63,943 nt of DNA, filler included, from Sandaracinaceae bacterium (GCA_947483975.1; 9 parts of 9 records of this genome joined end to end with filler, not necessarily neighbours in it); one strand, 5' to 3'; counted from the first letter of the whole stretch, positions 17,664 through 28,931 are shown. The notes: generated from the letters alone by a model not told the origin. Translations and numbers: made by a program.

Positions 17664-20051
17664 ATGGCGAAGGCAATTCGACGTGTGGGCGTGATCGGAG
17701 CAGGCGTGATGGGCAGCGGCATCGCTGCTCACTTGGCGAGCGCGGGCATCGAAGCCGTGTTGCTCGACATCGTGCCTCCCAACTTGGCAGATGCGGCTCA
17801 GCAACCGCGCGCGGCGCGCAGCGCGCTCGCGATCGGGGGGCTCGAGAAGGCGATCAAGAATCGCCCGGCGCTCTTCATGCACAAGAGCGCGGCGCTGCTC
17901 GTGAAGACGGGCAACCTCGAGGACGATCTCCAGCTCCTCGCGGGCTGTGACCTCGTCGTCGAGGCGATCCCAGAGGTGCTCAAGTACAAGACCGATCTCT
18001 TCGCGAAGCTCGACGGGCTCGTGCCCGCGCATTGCATCGTCGCGTCGAACACCTCGGGCCTCGCGATCCACGACATGGTGAAGGGCCGCAGCGAGACGTT
18101 CCGCAAGAACTTCCTCGTGATGCACTTCTTCAACCCCGTCCGCTACATGAAGCTCCTCGAGCTCGTGGTCGGCCCGGAGACGGATCCCGCAGCGCTCAAG
18201 CGCATCGTGGACTTCGGCGAGAACCAGCTCGGCAAGGGCGTCGTCTACGGCAAGGACACGCCGAACTTCGTCGGCAACCGCATCGGCACGCACGCGATGC
18301 TCGGTGGCATCCACCTGATGCTCGAGATGGGGCTGCAGCCCGAGGACGTCGACAGCCTCACGGGCGTGCCGATGGGCCACCCGAAGAGCGCGTCGTTCCG
18401 CACGGCGGATATGGTCGGTCTCGACACGCTGGTGCACGTCGCCGACAACTGCTTCAACGCGCTCGAGGGCGACGAGGACCGCAAGGTCTTCTCGATGCCC
18501 GCGTTCATCCGCGCGATGGTCGAGAAGAAGCTCCTCGGCGACAAGACCAAGGGCGGCTTCTACAAGAAGAACGGCAAGGACGTCGCGACGATCGACCCGA
18601 GCACGCTCGAGTACCGCGCGAAGGGCGGCGACGAGGGCATCGCGAAGGCGACCAAGGCGCTGTCGAAGATCGAGGACGTCAGCGAGCGCGTGCGCAAGCT
18701 CGTCGCGACGCCGGGCGTCGTCGGCGAGTTCGCGTGGAAGGCCATCTCGGCCTCGCTCGCGTACTCCGCGCGCCGCATCCCGGAGATCGCGGACTCGATC
18801 GTCGCGATCGATGACGCGATGTGCTGGGGCTACAACTGGGAGCTCGGGCCCTTCCAGACGTGGGACGCGCTCGGCTTCCGCGCGACGACGGAGCGCATGC
18901 AGCAGGAGGGCGTCGCGCTGCCGAAGTCGATCGAGACGATGCTCGCCAAGGGCGCGACGTCGTTCTATCGCGAGGACGGCGCCATCTGGGATCTGACCAA
19001 GGACGAGTACGTCGTCCGCGAGAAGAACCCGCGCCTGATGACGCTCCTCGACGCGCGCGCGCTCGGGGCGGGCGGCACCAAGACGCCGGTGTTCAAGAAC
19101 GGCGGCGTCGAGGCGTTCGACCTCGGCGACGGCGTCCTCGGCCTCACCTTCAAGACGAAGGCGAACTCGATCGATCCGGACGTCATCCAGGGCATCTACG
19201 ACGCGGTCGACAAGGCCGAGAGCGACTTCCGCGCGCTCATCGTGATGAACCAGGGCGAGCACTTCTGCGTCGGCGCGAACCTCTTCGGCGTCGTCACCGC
19301 TGCCGCGCAGAAGGCGTGGGAGCAGCTGCGTCAGATGATCTACGCGTACCAGTACGCGACGCAGCGCATGAAGTACTCGGCCGTCCCCGTCGTCGTCGCG
19401 CCCTACGGCATGACGCTCGGCGGCGGGCTCGAGCTCTGCTACGGCGGCACCGCGGTGCAGGCCGCGGCGGAGACGTACTCGGGCCTCGTCGAGGTCGGCG
19501 TCGGCCTGATCCCGGGCGGCGCGGGCACGCTCAACATGCTCTGGCGCGCGCTCGACGCGATGCCCGAGGGCATGACGGTCAACAACTACGACGTCGTCAC
19601 GCAGGTCTTCAAGAACATCGCGCTCGCGAAGGTCGCGACGAGCGCGCAAGAGGGCAAGGAGCTCGGCTTCTTCCGCAAGACCGACGGCATCTCGTTCGAC
19701 CGCGCGCAGCTCGTCTATCACGCGAAGCACCGCGCGATCGGGCTCGCCGAGGCGGGGCATCACGCGCCGCTGCCGCGCGCCTTCAAGCTGCCGGGCGAGA
19801 GCGGCATCGCCACGCTCTCCATGATGGTGGACACGCTCGTCGCCGGCGGCTTCGCCACCGAGCACGACGCGCTCATCGCGCGCAAGCTCGCCAACGTGCT
19901 CTGCGGCGGCGTCAGCGGCGCTTCGAAGGAAGTGACCGAGGACGAGATGCTCGAGCTCGAGCGCGAGGCGTTCTTGTCGCTCTGCGGCGAGGAAAAGAGC
20001 CAGGCGCGTATGCAGTCCATCCTCATGACCAACAAGCCGCTGCGCAACTAG
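17664..20051 (+). CDS. fadN: 3-hydroxyacyl-CoA dehydrogenase / enoyl-CoA hydratase (FadN-like)
   Basis: GAGVMGSG, SNTSGL, HFFNPVRYM, LGGGLE, GLVEVGVGLIP; GAGGAG RBS. Confidence 0.93.
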   Translation: MAKAIRRVGVIGAGVMGSGIAAHLASAGIEAVLLDIVPPNLADAAQQPRAARSALAIGGLEKAIKNRPALFMHKSAALLVKTGNLEDDLQLLAGCDLVVEAIPEVLKYKTDLFAKLDGLVPAHCIVASNTSGLAIHDMVKGRSETFRKNFLVMHFFNPVRYMKLLELVVGPETDPAALKRIVDFGENQLGKGVVYGKDTPNFVGNRIGTHAMLGGIHLMLEMGLQPEDVDSLTGVPMGHPKSASFRTADMVGLDTLVHVADNCFNALEGDEDRKVFSMPAFIRAMVEKKLLGDKTKGGFYKKNGKDVATIDPSTLEYRAKGGDEGIAKATKALSKIEDVSERVRKLVATPGVVGEFAWKAISASLAYSARRIPEIADSIVAIDDAMCWGYNWELGPFQTWDALGFRATTERMQQEGVALPKSIETMLAKGATSFYREDGAIWDLTKDEYVVREKNPRLMTLLDARALGAGGTKTPVFKNGGVEAFDLGDGVLGLTFKTKANSIDPDVIQGIYDAVDKAESDFRALIVMNQGEHFCVGANLFGVVTAAAQKAWEQLRQMIYAYQYATQRMKYSAVPVVVAPYGMTLGGGLELCYGGTAVQAAAETYSGLVEVGVGLIPGGAGTLNMLWRALDAMPEGMTVNNYDVVTQVFKNIALAKVATSAQEGKELGFFRKTDGISFDRAQLVYHAKHRAIGLAEAGHHAPLPRAFKLPGESGIATLSMMVDTLVAGGFATEHDALIARKLANVLCGGVSGASKEVTEDEMLELEREAFLSLCGEEKSQARMQSILMTNKPLRN

Positions 20052-20096
20052 TCGCCGGCCTCACCCGCCTTCGCTCACCACAAGGAGATCGCGCTC

Positions 20097-21260
20097 ATGG
20101 CAGACATCGTCGTCGCAGAGGCCGTCCGGTCGGCCGTCGGTCGTGGAATGAAGGGCTCGCTCGCTTACAAGCGACCAGATGAGCTCATGGGCGATGTGAT
20201 CAGGGGCCTGCTCGCGCGGGTCCCTCAGATCAATCCCTCAGACATCGAAGATCTCGTCCTCGGCTGTGCCATGCCCGAGGGTGAACAGGGCCTCAACATC
20301 GCGCGCCTCGCGGGCTTGCTCGGCGGGCTCTCCGTCGAGTCGAGCGCGATGACCATCAACCGCTTCTGCTCGTCGGGCCTGCAGGCCATCGCCATCGCGG
20401 CGGGCGCCGTCGCGCTCGGTCAGCACGACCTCGTCGTCGCCGGCGGCGTCGAGTCGATGTCGATGGTGCCGATGACCGGCAACAAGCTCTCCGCGAGCCC
20501 CGAGGTGATGGCGCAGTTCCCGACCGCGTACACGCCGATGGGCATCACCGCAGAGAACGTCGCCACGAAGTTCAACATCAGCCGCGTCGATCAGGACGCG
20601 TTCGCGCTGCGCAGCCATCTGCGCGCGTCCAAGGCCGTCGCGGACGGCGTGTTCGACGCCGAGATCGTGCCCGTGCGCGGCATCAAGTTCGTGGACGGCA
20701 AGCACACGGAGTTCGAGTACAAGCGCGACGAGCTGCCGCGCGGGGACTCGACCGCCGAGTCGCTCGCGGGCCTCAAGCCCGTGTTCTCGGCCAAGGGCTC
20801 CGTCACCGCGGGCAACAGCTCGCCCATCTCCGACGGCGCGGCCGCGGCGCTCGTGATGTCGAAGGCCAAGGCCGACTCGCTCGGCATCAAGCCGCTCGGC
20901 TACTTCCGCTCGTTCGCGACGGCCGGCGTCGATCCCGCGATCATGGGCATCGGCCCGATCCCGGCGATCAAGAAGCTGCTCGCGAAGAATGGTTTGACCA
21001 TCCACGACATCGATCTCTTCGAGATCAACGAGGCCTTCGCGTCGCAAGCCGTCTACGTGCAGCGCGTCCTCGAGATCCCCGACGAGAAGCTCAACCCGAA
21101 CGGCGGCGCCATCGCCCTCGGGCACCCGCTCGGCTGCACCGGCGCCAAGCTCTCCGCGACCGCGCTCCACTACCTGCAGCGCACGGGCGGCCGCTACGCC
21201 ATCGTCTCGATGTGCATCGGCGGCGGCATGGGCGCCGCGGGCTTGCTCGAGCGCGCGTGA
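20097..21260 (+). CDS. fadA: Acetyl-CoA C-acyltransferase (thiolase)
   Basis: NRFCSSG, NEAFA, GHPLG and CIGGGMG motifs. Confidence 0.95.
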   Translation: MADIVVAEAVRSAVGRGMKGSLAYKRPDELMGDVIRGLLARVPQINPSDIEDLVLGCAMPEGEQGLNIARLAGLLGGLSVESSAMTINRFCSSGLQAIAIAAGAVALGQHDLVVAGGVESMSMVPMTGNKLSASPEVMAQFPTAYTPMGITAENVATKFNISRVDQDAFALRSHLRASKAVADGVFDAEIVPVRGIKFVDGKHTEFEYKRDELPRGDSTAESLAGLKPVFSAKGSVTAGNSSPISDGAAAALVMSKAKADSLGIKPLGYFRSFATAGVDPAIMGIGPIPAIKKLLAKNGLTIHDIDLFEINEAFASQAVYVQRVLEIPDEKLNPNGGAIALGHPLGCTGAKLSATALHYLQRTGGRYAIVSMCIGGGMGAAGLLERA

Positions 21261-21622
21261 CCGCAGGCTCGCCCAACGAGCCCGCACCGAACGACGAGAC
21301 GCGCACCGCCGACGACCTCGGCGATGCGCGTTTCGTTTCTTGCGTGCATGGAGCGCTGACCTCGGACCCGCAGTGCGGCGGCTGCACGAAGCTCGACGTG
21401 CCCTACGGCGCGCAGCGCGCGGCCAAGCGTGCGCGCGTGCTCGACGCGTTCGCGCGCTACTCGGAGCTCGCGCGCGTCACGATCGGGGAGACGGTCGGGG
21501 CAGCGCCGATCGAGGGCTATCGCACGCGGGCGAAGCTCGTCGTCGGGCGCAAGGGCGCGATCGGGCTCTATGCGCGGGCCGGCGATCACGTCACGGTCGA
21601 CCTGCCGCACTGCCGGGTGCTC
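21257..21622 (+). CDS. RlmD/TrmA-family RNA m5U methyltransferase, N-terminal part
   Basis: C..CGGC Fe-S motif, YRTRAKL, later Cys; GTGA overlap with thiolase. Confidence 0.7.
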
Positions 21623-21722
21623 NNNNNNNNNNNNNNNNNNNNNNNNNNNNNNNNNNNNNNNNNNNNTTAATTAATTAANNNNNNNNNNNNNNNNNNNNNN
21701 NNNNNNNNNNNNNNNNNNNNNN
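21623..21722. other. Artificial contig linker
   Basis: N-TTAATTAATTAA-N. Confidence 0.99.
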
Positions 21723-22185
21723 CGCCGTCCCCGACCCGCGCGCCGCTGCGCGTCAGCACGCGCGCTCCCGCCTCGCCCACCGCCGTCGTCGTGAGGCTCA
21801 GCTCGCTCGCCGCCGAGAGATTGCCGCCGACGAGCGCGGCGCCGGTCTCGCGCGCAGCGTCCGCCGTGCCGTCGATCAGCGCGAGAAACGCCTCGTCCCC
21901 GAGGTCTGCCGGCAGCGCCAGCGCCACGAGCGTCGCGCGCGGCTTGGCGCCCATCGCGGCGAGATCACTGACGGCGGCGACCACCGCGCGCCGCGCGAGC
22001 GTGCGGAGCGGCGCCCACTCCCGGCGAAAGTGCACGCCCTCGATCGACGTGTCCACGGTGAGCACGATGCCGCCCGAGAGCGGCGCGAGCACCGCCGCGT
22101 CGTCGCCGATCCCGAGCACGACGCCCGCGCCCGCCGGGCTCAGGCGCGCGGTCAGCGCCGCGATCCGCGTCGCCTCGTCGCTCAT
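21723..22185 (-). CDS. thiL: Thiamine-monophosphate kinase (3' truncated)
   Basis: GIGDDAAV, EGVHF, SDLAAMGA, RSGARVGD. Confidence 0.93.
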
Positions 22186-22215
22186 CGCGTCGCGCACTCG
22201 CGGCGGGGCACGCCG

Positions 22216-23616
22216 CTACTCGGCTTCGGGGATCGTCACGTAGAACGTCGTGCCCGCGCCGGGCTTGCTCTCCATGCGGATCCGGCCACCGTGCGCGTCG
22301 ACCAGCCGCTTGACGATCGAGAGCCCGAGCCCCGTGCCGCCGTGCTCGCGCGTCGAGCTGCCGTCCACTTGATAGAACGCGTCGAAGATCTTCTCGTGTT
22401 CGCGCATCGGGATGCCGATGCCCGTGTCGGCGATGCGGAACTCGAGCGCACCCCGCGGCAGCGCGAGCAGCACCATCCCATGCGCGTCGTCCGCCCCCCC
22501 GCCGTCGAGCGTCGTCGCGCGCACGCCGAGGGTGACGCTGCCGCCCGCCGGGGTGAACTTGATCGCGTTGTCGAGCAAGTTCCCGAGGACCTGCCGGAGG
22601 CGCAGCGGGTCCGCGCGGAACGGCGGCAGCGCGGCGTCGTTCGCCTCGATCAGCACGCTGACCTCGCGACGCGCCGCCTGCGGGACGACGGTGCTGCGCA
22701 GCTCCTTGAGCAGCGCGAGCGGGTCGACCGACTCGAGCTGCAAGGCGAGGTGCCCCTGCTCGAGCTTGCCGAGGTCGAGCAAGCTGGAGATGAGGCGCAG
22801 CAGCAGCTCGCCCTTGTCGTGGATGGTCCCGACGAACTCGAGCTGCTCGGGCGCGAGCGGCCCTGCGAGCCCGGTCGTCAGCATCTCCGAGTAGCCGAGG
22901 ATCGACGTCAGCGGCGTGCGCAGCTCGTGGCTGACCGTCGCGAGGAAGTTCGACTTGAGGCGGTCGAGCTCCTTCAGGCGGTCGTAGGTGCGCTGCAGCT
23001 CGAGGTTCTTCTCTGCGAGCTCGCGGTAGCTCTCGCGCACGCTGAGCAGGTGCATCTCGCTCGTCAGGTGCGTCTTGTGCCCGCTGAAGAGGATGAGATC
23101 GAGCATGCCGCGCAAGTGCGCCGCGATGCGCTCGGCGGTCTCGACGCGCACCCGAGGCATCTCTTCGAGCGCCTCCCGCGCGCGCTCCGCGCTGATGCCC
23201 TTGTCGATGACGAGGAGGCTCCGGGGCACCTCGCGCGTCTCGGCGGGCAGGTACGGTCCGACGACGAAGCGCCCGAGCGCGCGCCCCTGATAGCGAATCG
23301 GCACGACGCGGTAGACGGCGCCCGTGAAGCACGCGTGCAGCGTCCCGCTGTCCTCCTCCGGCAGGAGCCTGCGCACCGCGCTGACCGTCTGCGCGCACGA
23401 GGTTCGCCCGCCGATCGTCCCGTTGACGTACCCGCAGAGCTCCCGCTCGACGTGCGCGTCCGCGAGCATCCCGCCGTCGGTCGCGATCACGCGAATCGGC
23501 AGCCCGAACAGGTCGAAGAACGACCGGCAGACCTCGCCGAGCGCCTCCCGATCGACGATCTCATCGAGGCGACTGACGTCCCCCAGCTCACCCGGCGTTG
23601 CAGCGGCTTCGCTCAT
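22216..23616 (-). CDS. Cytoplasmic sensor histidine kinase with PocR-like domain
   Basis: Cys-containing PocR-like N-terminus; SHELRTPL H-box, NAIKFT, DTGIGI, GTGLGL. Confidence 0.9.
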   Translation of the reverse strand: MSEAAATPGELGDVSRLDEIVDREALGEVCRSFFDLFGLPIRVIATDGGMLADAHVERELCGYVNGTIGGRTSCAQTVSAVRRLLPEEDSGTLHACFTGAVYRVVPIRYQGRALGRFVVGPYLPAETREVPRSLLVIDKGISAERAREALEEMPRVRVETAERIAAHLRGMLDLILFSGHKTHLTSEMHLLSVRESYRELAEKNLELQRTYDRLKELDRLKSNFLATVSHELRTPLTSILGYSEMLTTGLAGPLAPEQLEFVGTIHDKGELLLRLISSLLDLGKLEQGHLALQLESVDPLALLKELRSTVVPQAARREVSVLIEANDAALPPFRADPLRLRQVLGNLLDNAIKFTPAGGSVTLGVRATTLDGGGADDAHGMVLLALPRGALEFRIADTGIGIPMREHEKIFDAFYQVDGSSTREHGGTGLGLSIVKRLVDAHGGRIRMESKPGAGTTFYVTIPEAE

Positions 23617-24305
23617 CGGCGGGACTCCGGCGGCGGCGTGATGCTGTTGTACGCGCCGAGGTTCAGGTGCCGCGCGATCTCTGCGTGCATCAGCGCGCCA
23701 TCGAGGCCGAACTTCGCCGCGAAGCCGTGCTCCCGCTCGAGCTTCGCCCAGATCAAGTCGAAGAGCCCGAGGAACGTCTCCGCGACGCCGACGCCGCGCG
23801 TCGCGATCGCCTTGTAGACGGGCTCTTTGCCGAGCTTCGCCATCTGCTCGAGCTCCGCGTCGGAGCGAACGTCGGGGAGGTCGCGCTTGTTGAACTGGAT
23901 GACGAGCGGCAGCGTCGAGAGGTCGAGCCCGTTGTCCGCCAGGTTCTGCCGCAGGTCCGCGAAAGCGGCCGCGTTCGCGCGGGTCTCGGCCTTCTGCGAG
24001 TCGGCGATGAAGGCGACGCCGTCCGCCCCCTGGAGCACGAGGCGCCGCGTCGCGGAGTGCATCACCTGCCCGGGGACGGTGAAGAGCTTCAACCGCATGT
24101 TGATCGAGCCCTGCTTGAACGTCAGCGGCAGCAAATCGAAGAACAGCGTCCGATCATCCCGCGTCTCGAGCGTCATCAGGCGACCGCGCGCCTCCGGGGT
24201 GGCGAGGTGGTGGATCGCCTGGAGGTTCGTCGTTTTTCCGCTGAGCGCGGGCCCGTAATAAACGAGCTTGACCGTGATCTCACGCGTCTGGAAGTCGAGT
24301 TGCAA
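23613..24305 (-). CDS. MglA-family small GTPase, SofG-like (no mglB)
   Basis: YYGPALSGKTTNL, RTLFFD, TVPGQ, NKRD motifs; TTG start; 4-bp overlap with the kinase. Confidence 0.88.
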   Translation of the reverse strand: MQLDFQTREITVKLVYYGPALSGKTTNLQAIHHLATPEARGRLMTLETRDDRTLFFDLLPLTFKQGSINMRLKLFTVPGQVMHSATRRLVLQGADGVAFIADSQKAETRANAAAFADLRQNLADNGLDLSTLPLVIQFNKRDLPDVRSDAELEQMAKLGKEPVYKAIATRGVGVAETFLGLFDLIWAKLEREHGFAAKFGLDGALMHAEIARHLNLGAYNSITPPPESRR

Positions 24306-24340
24306 AGGCGCCTCGGACGGACGGTAACCGATTCAAGCGC

Positions 24341-24730
24341 TCACCGCAGCCGCGTAAGTTGCCAGAGCGTCATTCCGATGATCACCGCCGCGACGCCGAT
24401 GGCGACCAAGGTCAGGCGCGGCGTGCCCTTCTCGGCCGGCGGCGTCTTGTGCCGCAGCAGCTGTTCCGTCGCGAGCGTCAGCAGCGTCTGCATCCGCCGC
24501 TCGGCTCCCGCGGCGCGGGCGGGGTCGGTGTCGAGCACCCGGCGGTAGCGCCGACCGGCTACGGCGAGGCGCTCGCTCGCCGCGCAGAGGGCGAGAAAGC
24601 GCTTGTGCGCGTCGTCGTTCTCCCAGTCGGACTCCACCGCCTCCCAGGCGGTACGGAGCTCGGTCGCGAGGTAGCTGTCGTCGTCGTCGCCCGTCACGCG
24701 CCGGAGGATAGCGCGCTCGCCGCGCTCCAT
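24341..24730 (-). CDS. Hypothetical protein with C-terminal TM helix
   Basis: AWEAVESDWENDDAHKRFL...YR, then a hydrophobic C-terminus; start uncertain. Confidence 0.6.
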   Translation of the reverse strand: MERGERAILRRVTGDDDDSYLATELRTAWEAVESDWENDDAHKRFLALCAASERLAVAGRRYRRVLDTDPARAAGAERRMQTLLTLATEQLLRHKTPPAEKGTPRLTLVAIGVAAVIIGMTLWQLTRLR

Positions 24731-24881
24731 CGGGGTCGTCGCGCCGGGCGGCGGGTTGGCAGCACCGGGAACTGAACACCCGCGACGTAGGTGTCGTGGC
24801 GCCTGCACACCCGTGCGGTCCCGTGGGGCGAAATGCCTTGTTCCGCTTGGGGAATCGCGCACTTCGGCGCCCCGAAAGAAG

Positions 24882-24975
24882 TTGACAGCACCCGGACCCG
24901 GCCCGTAGGTTCGGCCCGCTGGTGGCAAAGAGTGGTAAGAAGTGCCAGCCGGGGCCGGCCAGTGGATCACGGTGG
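24882..24975 (+). promoter_or_regulatory. dcw promoter with MraZ-binding GTGG direct repeats
   Basis: TTGACA at 24882 and TAGGTT at 24906; GTGG/GTGC at 24922, 24932, 24942, 24962, 24972 (10-bp phase). Confidence 0.7.
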
Positions 24976-25011
24976 CGGTTCGACCAGCGGATCGAAACGG
25001 GGTGAGCGGCA

Positions 25012-25464
25012 GTGTTCCGAGGACGCTACGAGCACGCGATAGACGGTAAGGGACGCACGTCTCTGCCGTCACGTTTCCGCGAATTTCTCGCGGCCGCGGG
25101 AGAGTCGCGTCTCGTGATCACGACGAGCCTCGACCCGTGCCTCGTCGCGTATCCGATGCAGGAGTGGCTCGCGTTCGAGGAGCGCCTCGCGAAGCTCCCG
25201 CAGTTCGACGCGTCGGTCTCGATGCTGCGCCGCATCTACGTGTCGGGCGCCGTCGAGGTCGAGATCGACAAGCTCGGACGGTTGCTGATTCCTCAGGGGC
25301 TGCGCGACCACGCGTCGCTGACTCGGGACGCGCTCTGGGCCGGCATGGGGCGGAACATCGAGCTCTGGTCGAAGGACCGCTTCGAGGCGCTGCGCACGGG
25401 CGCGCTCGCCGACGAAGCGAAGCGCGCAGAGATGGCCCGTCGCCTCGCGGAGCTCGGGCTGTGA
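25012..25464 (+). CDS. mraZ: Division/cell wall cluster repressor MraZ
   Basis: FRGRYEHAIDGKGR, DKLGRLLIP, IELW. Confidence 0.95.
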   Translation: MFRGRYEHAIDGKGRTSLPSRFREFLAAAGESRLVITTSLDPCLVAYPMQEWLAFEERLAKLPQFDASVSMLRRIYVSGAVEVEIDKLGRLLIPQGLRDHASLTRDALWAGMGRNIELWSKDRFEALRTGALADEAKRAEMARRLAELGL

Positions 25465-26408
25465 GCGCCGCGACGCCCGTGGCTGCGCAGGCGTCCGCGT
25501 ACGCGCACGAGACGGTGCTCCTCGAAGAGACGGTCGCCGCGCTCGCGCCGCGCTCCGGCGGCCTCTACGTCGACGCGACCGTCGGCGGCGGCGGGCACAT
25601 CGAGCGGCTGCTCGCGCTCTCGGCGCCTCTCGGCCGGGTCGTCGGGCTCGACCGCGACGAGCGCGCGCTCGCGGCTACCCGCGCGCGGCTCAGTCCCTTC
25701 GGCGACCGCGTCGAGCTCGTGCACGCGCGCTTCGGCGAGCTGCGCGCCGTGCTCGAGGAGCGCGGCGTCACGCGGGTCGACGGCGTCATCGCGGACCTCG
25801 GCGTGTCGTCGCCGCAGCTCGACGACGCGACGCGCGGCTTCTCGTTCACGCGCGGCGGCCCGCTCGATATGCGCATGGATGGCTCGAGCGGCGAGACGGC
25901 CGCGGAGCTCGTCGCGCGCCTCGACGAGAACGAGCTCGCGGACGTGCTCTTCAAGTACGGCGAGGAGCGGCGCTCGCGCCCGATCGCCCGCAGCATCAAG
26001 CGCGCCGAGGCCGAGGGGCAGCTCGCGACGACCGACGATCTGCGCCGCGCCGTCGTGCGCGTGCTCGGCCCGCGCAAGCAGGGCGCGAGCGACCCGGCGA
26101 CCCGCACTTTTCAGGCGCTGCGCATCGCGGTCAATGACGAGCTCGGGGAGCTCGAGGCGCTGCTCGCGGCGCTGCCGCTCGTGCTCGCGGACGGCGGCGT
26201 CGCGTCGCTGATCAGCTTCCATTCGCTCGAAGATCGCCTGATCAAGCACACGTTTCGCGGGGACGCGCGCTTCGAGCCTCTGACCAAGCGGCCCGTCGTC
26301 GCGGGCGACGCGGAGAGCGCTCGAAACCCGCGGGCCCGCAGCGCCAAGCTCCGCGCGGCGCGTCGAGTGTCCCGCGCAGAAGAGCGCGAGCTCGGGGGCG
26401 CGTCGTGA
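25461..26408 (+). CDS. rsmH: 16S rRNA m4C1402 methyltransferase
   Basis: HETVLL, DATVGGGGH, DLGVSSPQLD, FHSLEDR, NPRARSAKLR. Confidence 0.96.
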   Translation: MSAATPVAAQASAYAHETVLLEETVAALAPRSGGLYVDATVGGGGHIERLLALSAPLGRVVGLDRDERALAATRARLSPFGDRVELVHARFGELRAVLEERGVTRVDGVIADLGVSSPQLDDATRGFSFTRGGPLDMRMDGSSGETAAELVARLDENELADVLFKYGEERRSRPIARSIKRAEAEGQLATTDDLRRAVVRVLGPRKQGASDPATRTFQALRIAVNDELGELEALLAALPLVLADGGVASLISFHSLEDRLIKHTFRGDARFEPLTKRPVVAGDAESARNPRARSAKLRAARRVSRAEERELGGAS

Positions 26409-26887
26409 GGACCGCGAGCAACGGAGTGGCCCAGACGCCGAACGTGCGACGCTCGGCGACGCCGACGGAGCCCGTGCGCACCGCGGCGACGGGAGTGCGC
26501 CGGGCAGCGAAGGCGCTCGCCGCGGTGAGGGCGCAGGCAGCGGCGCCCGTCGGGCCGCGCTCTTCGCCCATCGCGGCGTGGCTCGCGCGGCGCTTTCTCG
26601 CGCTCTGGGCGCTCGCGGTGCTCGCCACGGCGGCTGCGTTCGTCGCGCACCTCGCGCTCCGCTTCGAGACGGTGCGGCTCGGCTACGACGTCGGCGCGGC
26701 GCGGCGCGCGCAGAACTCGCTCGTCGAGCAGCGGCGCCTCCTCTCGCTCGAGGCGGCGACGCTCGGGCAGGCGGATCGCGTCGAGGCGGTCGCGCGCGGC
26801 TCGCTCGGGATGGACGTGCCCGAGCCTTCGCGCGTCGTGCCGATGGGCGCCCACGCGTCGCGTCGCGCAGCGGGGAGCGTGCGATGA
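26405..26887 (+). CDS. ftsL: Cell division protein FtsL
   Basis: TM helix plus coiled coil ending RVEAVARGSLGM; position between rsmH and ftsI. Confidence 0.8.
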   Translation: MRTASNGVAQTPNVRRSATPTEPVRTAATGVRRAAKALAAVRAQAAAPVGPRSSPIAAWLARRFLALWALAVLATAAAFVAHLALRFETVRLGYDVGAARRAQNSLVEQRRLLSLEAATLGQADRVEAVARGSLGMDVPEPSRVVPMGAHASRRAAGSVR

Positions 26888-28831
26888 GGAACCTCGACCC
26901 TCGCCGCATCGTCTGGATGAAGGTGCGCATCGCGGTGCTCGCGGTCCTGCTGTTCTCGGCAGGCGGCGCGGTCGCGCATCGCGCGTACCAGCTGCAGATT
27001 CAGCAAGGAGTGGACCTCCGCAAGCTCGCGGAGGACCAGTACCTGCGCGACATCCGCCTCGCGCCGAAGCGCGGCACGATCTTCGATCGTCGAGGCGCGC
27101 CGCTCGCCGTGAGCGTCGACGTCGACAGCGTGTGGGCCAACCCGCGGGAGCTGCGCTCGCTCGGGGGCGATCCGATGGCGAACGCGCTCGCCCTCGCGCG
27201 CGTGCTCCCTGGCGTCGACGCCGAGTCGCTCGCGCGCAAGATGGCGTCGGACCGCTACTTCGTGTGGCTGCAGCGTCGCATCACGCCGCAGCAAGCCGCG
27301 GCGGTGCACGCGCTCGCGCTGCCGGGCGTCTCGATGTCCCGCGAGGCGCGTCGCTACTACCCGAACCGCGACCTCGCCGCGCACGTGCTCGGCTTCGCGG
27401 ACATCGATGGGCTCGGCATCGAGGGCATCGAGCGGCAGTACGAGACGCAGCTCCGCGGCAGCGTGTCAGCCGTGCCCGCGATCCGCGACCGACGCGGGCG
27501 CGTCGTGTTCAGCGAGCAGCTGCTCGACGACCGCGCGGCGCAGGGCGACGACCTCGTGCTGACGATCGACAAGGCGATCCAGGTCGTCGCCGAGAACGAG
27601 CTCGCGCTCGCCGTGCGGACGAGCGAGGCGCGCGCGGGCAGCGTCGTCGTCATGGATCCGCAGACGGGCGAGCTGCTCGCCCTCGCGAACTACCCGACGT
27701 TCAACCCCAACGACCCCTCGAACGCGACGGCGATGGCGCGCCGAAATCGCGCCGTCACCGACCGCTACGAGCCGGGCTCGACGATCAAGACGTTCACCGT
27801 CGCGGGCGCGCTCGCCGCGGGCGCCATCGCCCCCGAGCAGCTGATCGACTGCGAGCACGGCGCGATGCGCGTCGCCGAGTACACCATCCACGACTCGCAC
27901 CCGTGGGACATCCTCACGCCGGCGCTGATCCTCGCGCGCTCGTCGAACATCGGCACCGCGAAGATCGGCGCGGCGCTCGGTCGCCCGGGGCTCTTTCGCA
28001 CGCTTCGGCGCTTCGGCTTCGGGGAGCTCACGGGGATCACGCTGCCCGGCGAGACCGCGGGCATCCTCCGAAATTACAGGCGTTGGTACGATATGGACGC
28101 GGCGACGATCGCGTTCGGTCAGGGCGTCAGCGTCACGACGATGCAGCTCGCGGTCGCCATGAGCGCGATCGCGAACGGCGGTCAGCTGATGGAGCCGATC
28201 CTCGTGCGCAGCGTGCGCGACGGACGCGGCGAGGTCGTCGAGGAGACGCTCCCGCGCGTGCGTCGGCAGGTCGTCCCCGCGGGCACGGCGCGGCTCGTCG
28301 GCGACATGCTGACGGCGGTCACGGGGCCCGGCGGAACGGGCGTCGAGGCCGCGATCGACGGCTACCTCGTCGCCGGCAAGACCGGCACGGCGCAGAAGGC
28401 CGACTACGTCGCGGGCGGCTACGCGGCGGACCAGTGGATCGCGTCGTTCGTCGGCTTCGTGCCCGCCGACCACCCGCGGCTCGTCATCGCCGTGATGATC
28501 GACGAGCCCGTGATCGAGCACTACGGCGGGCTCGTCGCCGGGCCGGTGTTTCGTCGCGTCGGCGAGGCCGCGCTGCGACACCTCGGCGTGCCGGCGACGG
28601 ACGGCGGGCAGATCCTCGCGCTCCGAGCCGCGGCGACGCGCGACGCTGCGCTGCGCTCACGACAGGAGACGGAGTTGGCGCGCACGGCTTGCCGCGAGGC
28701 GCGGCGCGAGGGGCATGCGTGCGTCGAGCCTGCGCCCGTCGCGGCGGATCTGCCGGCGACGCCGATCGACGATCTGACGCCGGCCGAGGGCGAGACTCGC
28801 GTCCCCGAGGTCGGTGGGCGCACCGCGCGCG
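26884..28831 (+). CDS. ftsI: PBP3 transpeptidase (3' truncated)
   Basis: RGTIFDR, EPGSTIK, SSN, KTGT motifs. Confidence 0.95.
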
Positions 28832-28931
28832 NNNNNNNNNNNNNNNNNNNNNNNNNNNNNNNNNNNNNNNNNNNNTTAATTAATTAANNNNNNNNNNNNN
28901 NNNNNNNNNNNNNNNNNNNNNNNNNNNNNNN
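28832..28931. other. Artificial contig linker
   Basis: N-TTAATTAATTAA-N. Confidence 0.99.
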
